This document shows, piece after piece, positions 8,907 through 22,439 of a stretch of DNA of 64,000 bases. The first letter of the stretch is position 1. Each line of letters opens with the position of its first letter. Location of the stretch: the NCBI GenBank assembly GCA_964106915.2, contig OZ066920.1; one strand, written 5' to 3'. A model generated the notes under the pieces. That model had not been told where the DNA came from and did not search any database. It worked only from the letters and a program-made list of their open reading frames with translations. Made by a program: the position numbers and the translations under genes. Source of the stretch: Podarcis gaigeae. Taxonomy: Eukaryota.

Positions 8907-11874
8907 AATAATACTGGGAAAGACTTCTGATTTGAGTCACAAGTAGGGCCGAGCTGAAACTTTTCATTGTTTTGCTTCTCCCCCAACCCTTGAAAGTAGC
9001 AGTGAGTTAGTGGAAGGGCTCCCCCTGGACCCTGAAATTGCTACCTCGGAGTTGAAAAGCATAACAATGAGCTCAACCCCACCAGCAAGTCAGTACTATT
9101 TCCATTTTACGGATGCGTGGCTGAAGCTGAGAGAGAATAGCTTGCCAGGTTTTCCTTAGTGCCGACGCCCCCCCCCCTCCACCACTGCAACATCCCATGC
9201 CAAGTATACCCAGTCACAGCTATGGGTTGCAGTGAGTTTGATGAAATCTTTTTATTCACTTATGCATTTAAGAAACGGTAGGTTTTGTCAGACTGTTTAT
9301 ATGACAGTGCAAGTCTGTGCTTGCCAAGATCCAGACAGTCTGTTAATGTTACATGCCGGGATAAATAAATTACAGTGTCTGAGACAGAAACGCTCTCGCA
9401 TTTGGTGCAAACCTGTGATGTGTCCCTACAGAGATCTGCTGGCATCTCAGATTGTAACAGGGTCAGGTAACATCAGCACCTATTTATTAATTTATGGTTT
9501 GATAACCTACCCTATCCCCAAAAGCACTGGTGATATTTGTAAGCGATATTTTATAAAATAGATGAACACATGTTTTTTAATGCAGCAATTTTTAGAATGA
9601 TTGCTAAAGCGATAATGCTGCTTACATCTAACCAATTAAATAACCTTAAGAAATCTTACATCACTATGAGGAGATGCTTAGGTTTGAAATTTGGCAAATC
9701 TGCTGGAGAGCAGAGTCCAGAGCCAGAGTATTGTTTTTGATGGAGAGTGGTGCCGTAAGGCAATCTGAGTTGTCTTTGGGAATGTGTGGAAGGACGCGGC
9801 AGGTCAGGTAGTCTTCATGGCTGTTCTTATTCTTCCAGGTTCTGCTCCCATGGTAACTTGAGCACTGTGCTCTTCTGTCACATCTGTATAGGTCGCTGGT
9901 GAGGGGCAAATGTGACAATTGCTATAGACTTTCCCAGTGGAAGTGCTAACTGTAGACCATTGCTAAAGTGCTAATGTGAATCCTCTCCCCCCACCACTGG
10001 CGTGGCGGGCAAAAAAATTAAAAATCTGCAAGAGGATCAGGAGGTCTTTCTTCAAGGGTAGGAACGTAGGAAGCTGACGAATTGGATGCCCTTCTGTTTT
10101 GGGGTACTATATATGATATTACTCTTGGGATACTGCAAACTTTATTCAGTAGCTTGCAAGGCCATTGTAGTTTAAAACAATAATATGTGGTTGCCCTAGA
10201 ACCAAACTACTTGTATTATTAACTGTGAGAATGCATTTGTTTTATTTTATTTTTTTATTTAAACAAAATAACAGCCAGATCTGGGGGCTTTGTGAGGATT
10301 GGGACCGCATCTGTGGCATACAGCATGTGTGTGAGTTAACCCCTTACCTCTACACTGTGGTACAGGTGAAAATCCCCTCACCCCATCCCAAAGTTCTGAC
10401 ATCTTACACTGCAGAGGGAATATCAGCTTTGGAGTCCATTTTTTCCAGTACTTAATGGAATCTATAATGGGACATAGGGTTGTTTTGTCACATAGAATAC
10501 ATATGAATTTAAAATATAATTATCACAAGGCTTCCATGGGTGAATAGGAAGTCTCATGGTGTCCCGGTTGCCCAAATATCCATTTTATCTGTAGCATTTC
10601 TTTACTCTTTTTCAGCTTCTATCATTACTGTTTGTTGTAGCTACACCTTTTTATTTCTGTAACAGAAATCCCACCTTAGCCTTCTCCAAAATATGTTAGA
10701 AAAGCCTATTTTTATGGTATAGTCGTGCTGACACTGTACACTTTTGGTTTCTCACTAGGGAATTGTTTGTGTTTTTCCCCTTACCCACGGGGAAGCTCTG
10801 TGACTTAGAGACAGGAAAGCTATTACAGGACAACATCTCTGACACCTTTCTTTTACCAGTGAGCTTGGGGTAAGAGGTGTTGCAGTATGTGCATTAATTG
10901 AACAAAATTTTCATTCTGACTTCTTAAATGTGAGATCTTGGGGAAAACTGCGTAAGGTTTCCTTCTACTCAAGGAGATGGATAAAACCACTGTATGTGAA
11001 CTTGCCCTAAAAGTAAACTCTTGTATTACCAATGCCTTTTACTTAAAATTTCCAGCTGAGACCTCATTTTTGGCTGAAAGCATCTTGTAACCTCTTCCAG
11101 CAGCAGTCCCAAAATATGTGTACTGATCATAGCTGAGACTGAAATGGCTACTGGAATTTACACAGTGCTTTGATCAAAGTAGTCCAGATGTGGCACAATT
11201 CTTGCCAATGAATGGTCAAGTTGGATCTTTCTCCCAATTATTTGTGTCTGAATATGCTTTTCAGGACTCCTTGTCTCATGGTTGTGTCACTAGGCCTGCT
11301 GGTGTAAGTTAAGTCCGATGTAAAGTTACACCAGATGCAAACCTTACTTAGTATCAGGGCTGCTGCTGGCCACATGACTGAGGTGAACAGACTTAGGATC
11401 CATCCTGAGTCCTTCCCTCTGGTCCTGCCCCCACCATGCCCCCAGAACTCCCCTTTTTTGACCTCAGCTGAACCCCTGTTGAGTTGGGGTGCGCAGGTTA
11501 TTTTGATGTATCTATGAGCCAGGAATCCGCTGGATCCTAACCTTCTGGTTCTGGCATTTCTTGCCATAAGACTGTCATCTTAATGTTACTAAGCATGATC
11601 TTTGATTACAATTTTTATTTCTGTTTTTGTTATATTGTTATAATATTGCTTTATATTCTGTACGCAAGATATTTTAAAAAACAACAACATTTAACAGAAA
11701 GGGTACATGAAAGAAAACAACATGAGAAATTACATAACTTTTGACATAACGTGGTCCTCCTTTATTACATCTGCATCAAAGAAAGAACATGCATTTGAAC
11801 CACCTAAGACACATGCGAGCATTTGGAATGATATTTTTTAAACCAGCAACTGTAGAAATAATTTGTTATTTGAT

Positions 11875-12070
11875 TATAATTAATTTAATTAATTTAATTT
11901 TTAATTTAATTGTTTTTATTTATACCCCACCCTTCCCGGTTCAAAAACCAGGCTCAGGGCGGCTAACAACAAATTTAAAACCCTTTAATTGTAAAAGCAG
12001 TATAAAATACAGTATAAAAACATGAATAACAATAAAATTCAAAAATCAAAAATCAAAATTAGAAATTCAA
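11875..12070 (-). mobile_element. L2-type LINE 3' UTR fragment
   Basis: tttatttataccccaccctt...ggctcagggcggctaacaac followed by A-rich sequence, the reverse of a lizard L2 3' end. Confidence 0.55.
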
Positions 12071-13246
12071 AAAAAGAAAAGAAAAAAGTTTCACCTGCTA
12101 CTAGTTTCTGATAATAATAAAAATAATGAAAGCTCTTTCATTATTATATTATATTACTAATGTAATTACCTAGACGTAGTTGGGGCTGTTTGGGTGGCAG
12201 TTTAGGTGAAAACTGTATTTGATTGCTTGTATTTGATTATATCTTGTTCTTATATTCAACTAATAAAATATTCAAAACAACAACAACAACATAAAAGGAT
12301 CTTTCAGAGTCCATTGGTGTCACTCCCAAATGGAGTAGAAAGGCTGCTTTGTATGGAAGTAATCACCCTCCACTCGGATCAAAAGTGGGTCAGTCCCATA
12401 AATTTGTAAATGTCTCTGTATGTTTATACAAATGATAAAAAAAAACTGAATGAAAATGCTTTGTAGTAATGAATGGCTGCTAAAGAGTTCTGAACTTCTT
12501 AAATGTAGGGCACATAATAGAAAAATGCATGTTTAAATGAAATTATTGTCAGCATGATTCCTCTGGAACAATTATTTCACCTTTCAAAATATCTCTTTGG
12601 AAGTCTGCTTGCTGACATTGCATAATTTTGGTTCCAAGTTTGTTTTTTTAAGAAAAATTAAGTAAATGACATGCTACAGAATGCACTTGTTTTCTGAACA
12701 CCACTTTCTGAGTTGAAACCCTAGGTAGCTGGATAAACAAGTCATGTTTTAATTAGCTATGCCTCTTTTCAGCAAGATTATGTCAGAATATAAAATCAGC
12801 AGATTAATTAGGATTTGATTAAGGCTGCACTGGTATATGCAATTGTAAAATTGCCTCTGTAATAAGTTTTGTTCTAAGGTGCCACAAACGTATTCTTCTC
12901 ATACTGTTAGACTTCTTAATAGCATGTATTTAAAATGCATTTAATTGGATGGTTAACAGTATTCACTATACTTACATTCTCTTTGTATGGTGGGAAAATG
13001 GGTACAGATGTGAAGTTTTTCTTTAAAAGAGCCTCTTTTTTAATTATGGGGACTGTAATGGTTAAAATTAAATGGTTACCCACAATGTCATCTTGAAGTA
13101 TGTTTTGAAATTTGGGAATAAACTATGCTGATTTGTTAGCATTTAATACCGTTTTCCTTGCAAGGTTGAAGCTAAGCAACAGCTTAAAATGTTTTTAGGT
13201 TCCAAACTATGTTTCCTCACCATGATAAAAGAGGCTAACAGTGGAA

Positions 13247-13325
13247 GCCTGTACATGTCTACTCAGAAGTAAGCCCCACTGAATTCATGGGGCTTACTCC
13301 CAGGTACATGAGTATAGGATTCCAG
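13247..13325 (+). mobile_element. Short palindromic MITE-like repeat
   Basis: cctgtacatgtctactcagaagtaagccccactgaattcatggggcttactcccaggtacatgagtataggat with internal inverted repeat agtaagcccca/tggggcttact. Confidence 0.7.
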
Positions 13326-14020
13326 TCCAAAAATATCAAGCTTATTATATATCAGAAATCTTATATACAGGTTCAGAGAGGTGCTATGACTCAATGAGTG
13401 GTCCCTGTTCAATCTTGAGTCAGCCATGTTTGCCCGTTGACAAAATGGAAATAGTGCTTTGTCAATTGGGATGTGTGTTTAATAGCACCCTGCAACTTAA
13501 TCATACTTTCTTTCTTGTGCTTTTGCAAATGTTAATAACCATGGTTCTCTTCCCTCTTTGCTGTTTTGACTGGAATCAACTATAAGGAATAAAATGAGGG
13601 AGAAGGAAATTATGCCAATCAGCACTGGACGTGGTCTAGCCAATCATATTTGGCTGTGTCCTGTCTCACTCATGACAAGCAAGGGCAAGGCTTCCTAACA
13701 CGGGTGATCTTAGCCAATCAGGGATTACTCTAAAAATTAAAAACTTTTGCTGTCGTTTCACATCAATTGTAGAAAAATCTCAAAAAGGAGAGGGTACTTT
13801 CAACCCAGAAAAGATGTTCCCCTGTTGCACTGCAGCCCTGGTAATAGGCCTAATGTGTGGGCTATAATGGGTTTAAGGCACATAAAGGAACTGGTGTGTT
13901 GTGGTGGATGTGCTTTAGTGTTGGGGGTGAGTAGTAGGTGGCCAGGTTTGCTGATGATACTATATTACTCAGGGTTAAAACAAAAAGAAATTGTGAAGAG
14001 CTCTGAAAGGACTAGGCAGT

Positions 14021-14872
14021 AAATGGCAAATGCAAACAACTATAAAATGACACATGTCAGGGCAAATAAATTCTTATTTTCACATATACACTCATGGTGT
14101 CTGAATTGGCGGTAACTAACCAGGAACAAGATCTTGTGGTTATAGTGGCTAGTTTGCTGAAGATATTGCTCCAGTGTGTGGCAGCTGTGGAAAAGGCAGA
14201 TTCTATGCTAGGCATCATTAGGAAAGGCATTGAACTCCCTAAGCCATCCCAGATGCTGCATTCCAAATGTGGTCACAGTAGGAATATAGTGTACAGTTCT
14301 TGATCACCTCACCTCAAAAAGGATATTGTAGTTTCTGAAAATGGCAACCAAAATGATCAAGGGGATGGATCATCTCCCATATAAAGAAAGGCTACAGTGT
14401 TTGGGACTTAGAGGAAATATAAGAAAGAAGTGACATGATAGAAGTTTATAAAGTGATGCATGCCATAGAGAAAGTGGATGGGGAAAGGGTATCCTTCTCT
14501 TATAACACTAGAATTTTGGACATCCAGTGAAGCTGAATGCTGAAAGCTTAAGAACAAATAAAATGTAAGCACTTCTTTACCCAACACAGAGTTAATGTCT
14601 GGAACTCACTTCCATAGGAGGCTGTGATAGCCACTAACTTGGACGGCTTTAAAACGGGATTTGACAGATTTATGGAAGATGAGACTATTATTGGCTACTA
14701 GCCATGATGGCTATGCTCTTTCTCTGTGGCTGGAGGCAGTATGCTTCTGAATACTAATTGATGGAAAGAGGAGGGGAATGTGCTGTTGTGTTTGGGTCCT
14801 GGCTATGTTGAGAACAGGATGCTGAACTAGATGGGCCATTGGCCTGACCTAGCAGGCTCTTCTTATGTTTTT
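14021..14872 (+). mobile_element. CR1 LINE 3' portion (decayed)
   Basis: ORF 14094-14303 ELAVTNQEQDL..IV..QCVAAVEKADSMLGIIRKGIE is CR1 ORF2; then aaaatggcaaccaaaatgatcaagggg; 3' UTR ending ctagatgggccattggcctga..tcttatgtt. Confidence 0.88.
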
Positions 14873-14904
14873 GCACCTCCTGGTATCTTGAGTTCCTTCC
14901 TCTG

Positions 14905-15013
14905 AGGCAGAGGATCTGTCTTGCATGCAGAAGATCCCAGGTCCAGCCAGTTGTGGGGCTTGAAAAAGCTCAAAATCCTGGAGAACCTGGGATAAAGTAG
15001 CATCTTACGTTCT
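14905..15013 (+). mobile_element. Degenerate tRNA-derived SINE fragment (Squam3-like)
   Basis: ggcagaggatctgtcttgcatgcagaagatcccagg head. Confidence 0.5.
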
Positions 15014-17800
15014 GTGCTCTGACAAACGTCTCCTCGACCTCTGACCTTTTCACGCAGTTTGCCTTCCTCAATGTGGTTGGCTGGTTTTCTCTAATGTCAG
15101 CATGGATTGACACGGCTTCTGGCATCCACTGGATTAGATACTTCGATGGAACAGAGGCTCTTGCCAGCCTGGAGCAGGAGCTGAGTGCTTAGGAGAACGA
15201 CTGAAAGATTTGAAAATCTAAATTCCATTCTGTGAGCAAAATTAGAGATAAAGTTACCTAAGGGTTAGCTAATCTATGATAAGTGATTCACGAATACCTT
15301 CTTATGATCTTGTGAAATACAACACTTTTATCATCTGAGCAACTCTGGTTGCTCCCAAATGGGCATTCATATAGGCAAACATAATGGGCAAACTAGACAA
15401 TCATACACATAGCTTGCAGCCATTTTCATGATTATGATGGCTTGAAAAGTTACTAATATGATCCTGGAAATTACAACCAAAGCAACCATATCTCTGCCCA
15501 ATTCACGTATAACATTTGTCTATATAAGCACGTCTTTGAATAAGTTAGTGTGACTGCCTCTTTGAAGAAGAAGAAAAATGTATACTGTGAATTGCTCACC
15601 CATTTTTGTTCAATAGTTTATTTCTCTGGCTGGTTAGGGATATCTTTGAGAGAATGCACTTTCCTCTGCCTGTGCACCTGGGGGTCTATCTGTCAGTTCC
15701 AGATCTATTTTGCCCTTAAAGCTTGGGAAATGCAATGTACTTATCCAGTGACATTGATATACTCTGCTTGAGGGTGTTAAATGGTACAAAAGGATATTGA
15801 TGGTAGGGAGAGGCTCTTGAAGTTTAAGCAGAATTGGCTGTCCGCTTTCACCTCCTAACTTGTATGAGATGCTCAGTAGAACGTAAATGAAATTGTCTGA
15901 ATGGGAACGGTGCCCTTTTAAATTCTAATTAGTGAATGAATTAAGTAGTAAGAATTTTTATGAGTCACAGTGAATTACAGGTATTATTGACTTGACAGTC
16001 TTGCCTACACTAAAAGCAGTGGTTACCCAAGTGGGTCTTCAGCTGCCAGATCAAGCTGAATGACATTAAATAGTCTGATCAGGACTTCATTTTACTTTTA
16101 AAAAGTGTTTCTGTACCCTCTCAATCCTCCTCGTTCCTTTAATGAAGGGAAGCTGAAATAGGGCAGAGTTAAGGAAAGAAGTGGATTCTAGTCTTCTGGG
16201 TGGGCTGCAGAATAGGGAAAACTGCTGTTAGCAGGCTTTCAAGTTCTGGTGCCTCATGGCTAGATTCTGAAGTTCTGAATTATACATATATCTTGTGCGT
16301 GCCTCATGTAGCATGAGGTTTATTACTAGAATGCAAGCATCATGCACTCAAAAGGAGAAGGACATCTATTGTACACTAGCACTCTTTCTCACAGTACAAA
16401 CCTTGACCTAATTTCTGTAAACATGTTTCTTTTTTACCCTGTTGCTACAGCATAGGATGCCAGTATTGCTGTGTGCACCCAGCTCAAAAAGCACTTAAAA
16501 ATTTAAGTGTGTCTTTTCTTTCCTGTTATTTGTGCTGAATTGTAAACTAGCCTTAACTCAGATCTTGAATTCAAGAACCAGCCTTTCTTCCTCGACAGGA
16601 CACAGAATTGTGCTTGTTAATTTTATCTGCTCCCACTATATTACCCTGCCGTGGGACAACAAGAATGTTGGGCTTGAGAATGTTGCTGGTCTGGGATCAA
16701 CACTTACCTGAAATGATTGACCAAGGACAGGAAAGTGGGGGCTGGGAGGAAGTCATTAAGAATTTATTTCCTTGGCTCTGTTTGAACAGAGTGTCACCTC
16801 TCCAGAGGAGATCTCACCTCTTGGACACTGTTACTTGAGTCCTGCAGTTTGCAGAATGGCTCAGCAAGGGAATATGCTGTAATTGGAGCCCTATGTGGGC
16901 ATTTTCTTCCATGCAATTTTAATCATGTGGAGGGAAACAGTGGGACTGTGCTAGATAGCTCCAACATCACCATACATGTATTGATGGGAAGGGGTACAGA
17001 ACAGGGGGTGTTTGCTCTATTCCTGTAGGCTCTCTGTGATGTTAGAACCCTGTGCTGGTTTGGGACCAGATGCCACCGCCCACTCCCCCTATGCCCCATC
17101 TCTCAATGTTTTTAAGATTTCATGGACAATTATGCCCAAATAGGGGTTACAGTAATTCTGGATCCTCCCCTTTTCACAGAATCCTGATGCACAGTGAAGT
17201 AAAGTGTCCATTGCTATTACTTCTCAGGCTTTGCACAATAATTTCACAGGCTGTTCTGTGCTAGTGTGGCTTTTTTATTTCCAGAGGAGGAAGCTACTGA
17301 TTTGTTTTCTCTTGGGCACCACCAGCAGTGCAGATTGTCTGAGGGCAGTATTTGGAATAAAGAGCTAAGCAGCGGTTGGGTGACACAAGATGTCAATTAG
17401 TGTTCTACCTAGCTCTAGTCTAGTGCAAGATGAGCCTCTTTCTACTCACCTTATTTGTTGTCTTTGGGTTGCCAGCCTGCCAGCACCAACACCCTGATGT
17501 GAACCCCACTTTGGACATTAATGTGCAGGTGCAAAAGGCAGGTGACCTTCTTGAACCAATGCACTACTCAAGCCATCATAACATGCACTCTGAACACAAG
17601 AATGGGGGATCAGGTGATTCAGAGTTTTGAGGAAGAAAAAATGACAAAAACAACCTCAAAAAACTTTTTTTTTTAAAATCTATCCTGCTCTCATCATAAA
17701 TGATCTTGAGACGGGTAACAACAATTTAAAATACAGGTATACAAGAGCATAATTAGAAATTAAAACTGCTATTATCTATCACATCTGTCCAATAGCAGTG

Positions 17801-18295
17801 ATCTAAAAAGCAGAGACATCACCTTGCTGACAAAGGTCCGTATAGTTAAAGCTATGGTTTTCCTAATAGTGATGTATGGAAGTGAGAGCTGGACCATAAA
17901 GAAGGCTGATCACCAAAGCATTGATGCGTTTGAATTACGGTGCTGGAGGAGACTCCTGAGAGTCCCATGGACTGCTAGAAGATCAAACCTATCCATTCTG
18001 AAGGAAATCAGCCCTGAGTGCTCACTGGAAGGACAGATCCTGAAGCTGAGGCTCCAATACTTTGGCCACCTCATGAGAAGAGAAGACTCCCTGGAAAAGA
18101 CCCTGATGTTGAGAAAGATTGAGGGCACAAGGAGAAGGGGACGACAGAGGACGAGATGGTTCGGACAGTGTTCTCGAAGCTACCAGCATGAGTTTGAATA
18201 AATTGTGGGAGGCAGTGGAAGACAGGAGTGCCTGGCGTGCTCTGGTCCATGGGGTCACGAAGAGTCGGACACGACTAAACGACTAAATAACAACA
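17801..18295 (+). mobile_element. Bov-B (RTE) LINE 3' fragment
   Basis: LKSRDITLLTKVRIVKAMVF..MYGSESWTIKKA..IDAFEL.CWRRLLRVPWTARRSN.SILKEISPECSLEG..LKL.LQYFGHLMRR.DSLEKTLML..IEG.RRRGRQR.RW; 3' end gtccatggggtcacgaagagtcggacacgactaaacgactaaa(caa); frameshift near 18160. Confidence 0.96.
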
Positions 18296-18702
18296 TTATT
18301 TCACTGCTTGCGTCACAAAATATCAGGTCACTGGGGCATAGTGGTCTTTTGTCTCAAAATATTGCTGAATGAACACTGTACAGCTGAGAAGCACATTGAC
18401 TCCAAAGAGAAGTTAAAAACAAATGATGATAGAAACAAAAACCTTCCCCAAAAGGTGCAGTGAGCTTGTAGAATTCACCACTTACTGCACCACTGAAAAT
18501 ATCTAATATGCGTTTTAGGAATTCTACATTACAGATTGAATAGCAATAAATGTGCTCTTGGATATGATTTCTTCTTTTTTCCTTCAGAAACTTAACATAG
18601 TAAGCTGTGTTCTGGGCAAATGTGGTCTCCCTCCCCGTAACAAAAGTGGAACCTTGAGCTGAAAATGTAAATTCATCTGTCATGGATGCTATAGTTGCTA
18701 TT

Positions 18703-18774
18703 CCCTCGTTGCAAGAAGTTGGACTAGTTCGTCCCCAACGTCTCTTTCAACTCTACAATTCTGTAATTCTATGA
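18703..18774 (+). mobile_element. CR1-type 3' tail fragment (SINE or LINE tip)
   Basis: gttggactag..tttcaactctacaattctgtaattctatga, carrying the CR1 ATTCTRTG terminal repeats. Confidence 0.6.
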
Positions 18775-19002
18775 ACTGCAAATGTGCATTGATCGTGCGA
18801 AAAGAACCAAAAACAACTTGATTGAGTGGGAAGAATTATCTCTTAATCTGAGGTGGGTTACTGGCACCACAAAAATGAATGTTGCAAGTTATTCTTCAAA
18901 GTGACTGATTGTCCCTACTTTCTCTCCACCCCTCCCCCCATTTTATGTTCTCTTTCCATCCCCTGCCTGACACTCTATGGTCCCGAATGGTTTCCTTTGC
19001 AG

Positions 19003-19200
19003 TCAGAGGAGCCAGTAGCTTCTTAGTGTAAACATGAGCGTGCATTCAAATCTGTACTCTTTTTCTGATTCTGAGCTAAGAGCCAGTATCCCTTTAACGT
19101 TAGAAGGTGCTAGGCACAGCCAGCCCCCACCACTTTGGGGCTTAATGTAGAAAATGTGGCAAGTGGCTGGCTTGTCAGAAGCACATTTCATGATACTACA
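19003..19200 (+). other. Candidate non-coding exon
   Basis: Acceptor tttcctttgcag| at 19002 with upstream ctgac branch-like motif and pyrimidine tract; donor ACA|GTAAGT at 19200/19201; 198 nt. Confidence 0.35.
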
Positions 19201-20541
19201 GTAAGTTCCTTCCAGCTTCATGTAGCTAAAAGGTAGCTGACAGGGTGAACAATCTTATACTTACTTTACACCAGGGGTGGGGAACCTCTGACCTGCAGGC
19301 GAAGTGGCTGTTTTTCTCAAGCTGCACCTAACTGCTCCATACCTGATATCATGCAAAGTCAAAGTCAGGTGTGGGGCAGGTAAGAATAAAGAAATAAATG
19401 GGCTCCTTAAAGCACTCTCCCAATTCTTCTTTGGCAATGATGCTTGCTCTCAGCTGATTGGTGGCATTGGCTGAGCTACAGAGTTCCTGAATGGAAACGC
19501 CATAGCTCTGCTGATCCCTGTCCAAAGCACGACTTATAAGTGCAATATTCCTTTGCTTTGAATTCGAGCCAGCAGTGTAAAGAATGTTTCTCTGCAGGCA
19601 TAGCTTGAACTGCAGCTGCAAAAGAGGGGGGGGACCCCAACCACCTTTGAGTCACCAAATGTCATTTTGACACCACCTGTGAAAATGAACTGTGGAGGTT
19701 GGGGGAGGTCCGGATCTGAACCACTAGCTGTTTCCTGCCTTACACATATCTGGAGATATGTTGCTAGAATGCCTGCAGAAAGGCCACTAAGTATTATGCC
19801 TACTCAGCCTGGGAGAGGAGGGGAAAATACCCCAAAGAAAATGCAACCTAGTGGAGTAGACACAGGCTCCTGAGAAGCTCTACCATAGCCCCCCACTGTC
19901 TCTGTCAAGGTTTCAGGTGTTTGGTTTAAATGTTTTCATTTCAGGAAGCCTTTGCATCATGGAAGCTGTTCTGTTGTTTTAATGGCTGATGTTTTGAATT
20001 TTGCACATTGCACGTTTCAGTTTTTTGTAAGTTGCCTTAAAACCTAAATGTAATTTATTTAAGTAAATACCACACCCAAACAACAAAGAAGCAACCTATG
20101 TGGCAAAGTGAAAGCTTTATTGAATAACTTCTGGGATGCAGGAGATCCTAAAAGGAAAAGATGCATGTGGGGTTGCCATCTAGCCTTTCCAGCAGTGCTC
20201 CTGTGCCTAGGACAGTGGTGCCAGCTGCATGCTAGGAACACCTTAACCTGTTGTACGGTGGTCTGTTATGGAGTTTGCAAGGGAGCAGGAGCCTGCCTGG
20301 AACAAGTTAGTTAAGAACCCCATAGAAGAATTGCCAGGAGCGTCCTGGTCATTGCCACTGGTCATGGGGTGGGGCTCCCCATGATCTGTATGAAAGTGGG
20401 CATGGAAGAGCCGCTGGTAGAGTATTGTATTCGAAAAATACAGTATTGATTGTCCTTGAATCTTCCCGTGACACTTGCCATCCTCTCCTGCCACACCACT
20501 GTGGCATGTCACACCCTTTGACAACCTATACTTTCCTACTA

Positions 20542-20742
20542 CAGTCAAACCTTGGCTGTCGAACGTAATCCGTTCCGGAAGCCTGTTTGGCTTGCAGGAG
20601 CTTCCTGCACTCAAGCAGAAGCCACATCTGATGTTTGGTTCCCAAAAAGCGTTTGAAAACCGGAGCATTTGCTTCCGGGTTTTCGGCATCCGGGAGCTGA
20701 AACATTCCAAAACGGAGGTGTTCGGGACCTGAGATTTGACTG
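20542..20742. mobile_element. Tc1/mariner (Tigger/pogo-like) MITE
   Basis: TA|CAGTCAAACCT ... AGATTTGACTG|TG termini; internal aatccgttccgga motif shared with the 60702 family; CpG-rich interior. Confidence 0.7.
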
Positions 20743-21086
20743 TGTCTGATTTGTACTTTCATTGGTGTATACCAGTTGTGGTGTGCTGCTATTTGCTATT
20801 CAGTTACACCATATGTTATGCTAAAATCTCTGAAGCAGGATGATGGAATTGGAAACTAGTTCCACCTAGGTATGGTGTAAAGTGCTGTTGGTGGGGGCAT
20901 GGCCAAGTTTTGAGTGACTGCAGGCTTTGGCATGAGTCTGTTCTTCCTTTGTGCTGCCTATGACTCCACTATGTTTTTGTTTGCTTCGCAATGACCTATA
21001 TGGGAAGTCCTACTGACCTGTCTGTCATGCTGGCAGTGAATATAAACTTATGCCATTGTAGGCAGCCTTCTGCTGCTTTCTAAAAG

Positions 21087-21224
21087 CAGGGATGGGGAAC
21101 ATGTGGCCTTCCAGATGTTGCTATCCTGCAGCTGTAATCATCCCCAACCATTGGCCACGCTGGCTGGGACTGATGAGAATTGGAGTTCAGTAACATCTGG
21201 AGGGCACTAGGTTCCCCATTTCTG
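21087..21224. mobile_element. hAT-type palindromic MITE
   Basis: cagggatggggaac..ccagatgttg ... taacatctggagggc..gttccccatttctg; flanks tctaaaag / tcctaaag. Confidence 0.8.
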
Positions 21225-22072
21225 TCCTAAAGCATCTCAGCCAGCAGATCTTGAGTATAGGATTGCAGCCTAAGTACTTGAACAAACCATTCTAAGATTG
21301 GCATGTAAATTTCAATCCAACTGTCTCATGTTGAGAAAATAGGTCTATAGAATATTGTAAGATGCTATTAGGCCTAAGATGCAAATAGGTAGTAGTTGCC
21401 ATATAAATGCTGTGAATGCCTTGGAATACTATCTCAAGCTCAGTTGGTACTGATTTGGACAAATCAGGGCTCCTCTGAATTGTTTCAGGTAAATTTATTC
21501 TGTACACATGTTGGAAATGTTATTACATTTTTGTTTTGTGTTGATTTCAGTGAAACACAAGCTATTGTTTGGTTGTAGACAAGGCCATTCTAACAAACTT
21601 TTGATATTGACTTGATGACACGTTGCTTACAGATAAAGAGGATTTTTTTGAAGTGGAAGGCGTTGTCTTGACAACCAAACTCCAGCTAAGAATAGGAACT
21701 GAAATTAAAAGCCCAAATTTGCTATAAATTCATCTAAGTTGGTTCAGTCTTGTTCTGGAATTTGAGTGCAGATTTCAAAAGTCAGATCATGTTGTGTGCT
21801 TGTTCATTTGATTCCATACACTACTTATTTTAAACCTAAATTTTCGCAGTATCAAATCAATTCTTGGAATTTTGTGTTTATGCTATAATTGATTCTGTGA
21901 TGTTTTGTATAATGAGAAACCCCCAATTCCAACAGGATGCTTTTGGGATTGAGAACTGGAATTGAATTCACTTACATTAAAATTTAAGGGTGGAATTCAG
22001 TTTTGTACTATGACAAACATTCTGTCTGCACAAGCCTTTTAGCTTACCAGATGGAATGATCCCTTCTTTTTT

Positions 22073-22098
22073 CACCCACCCACCCACCCACCCACCCC
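22073..22098 (+). repeat. (CCAC)n microsatellite
   Basis: cacccacccacccacccacccacccc. Confidence 0.85.
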
Positions 22099-22439
22099 AT
22101 TTTGGGGTTCTTTGCCCCCCAAGCCAATTTTGAGAGGAGGTGATCAAGATGGCTGCCAACCTCTCAGGCAGGATGAGGCAGCTGCTCTCACTGTATTACT
22201 GTTTTATTGCCCTATCTTGTGTTCTATTTTATTGTTTTGCTTCCTTGTTATCGCGCTGGTCTAATGTATTCGCACTAACTGCAATTTACCAGATGAGAAA
22301 ACCCAACTAAAAAACTGCCAAGAAAACTGCTAGGATAGGAGAAGTGCTGGGCTGAGAGAAACACAGGGCGAGTCAGTGTTTTACTGATCAGGTGAGGAAG
22401 AAAAGAAACGAAATAATTAACCCCTCTCCACTTTGTTGG

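Noticed and set aside
11330-11570. Possible L2 RT fragment (NRLRIHPE resembling NRLKLNPD)
   Set aside because: Similarity too short and degenerate to support by eye
17824-18201. 125-aa ORF as a host gene
   Set aside because: It is a frameshifted Bov-B ORF fragment
19026-19045. TGTAAACAT as miR-30
   Set aside because: Only the first 9 nt match and there is no precursor hairpin; equally a forkhead motif
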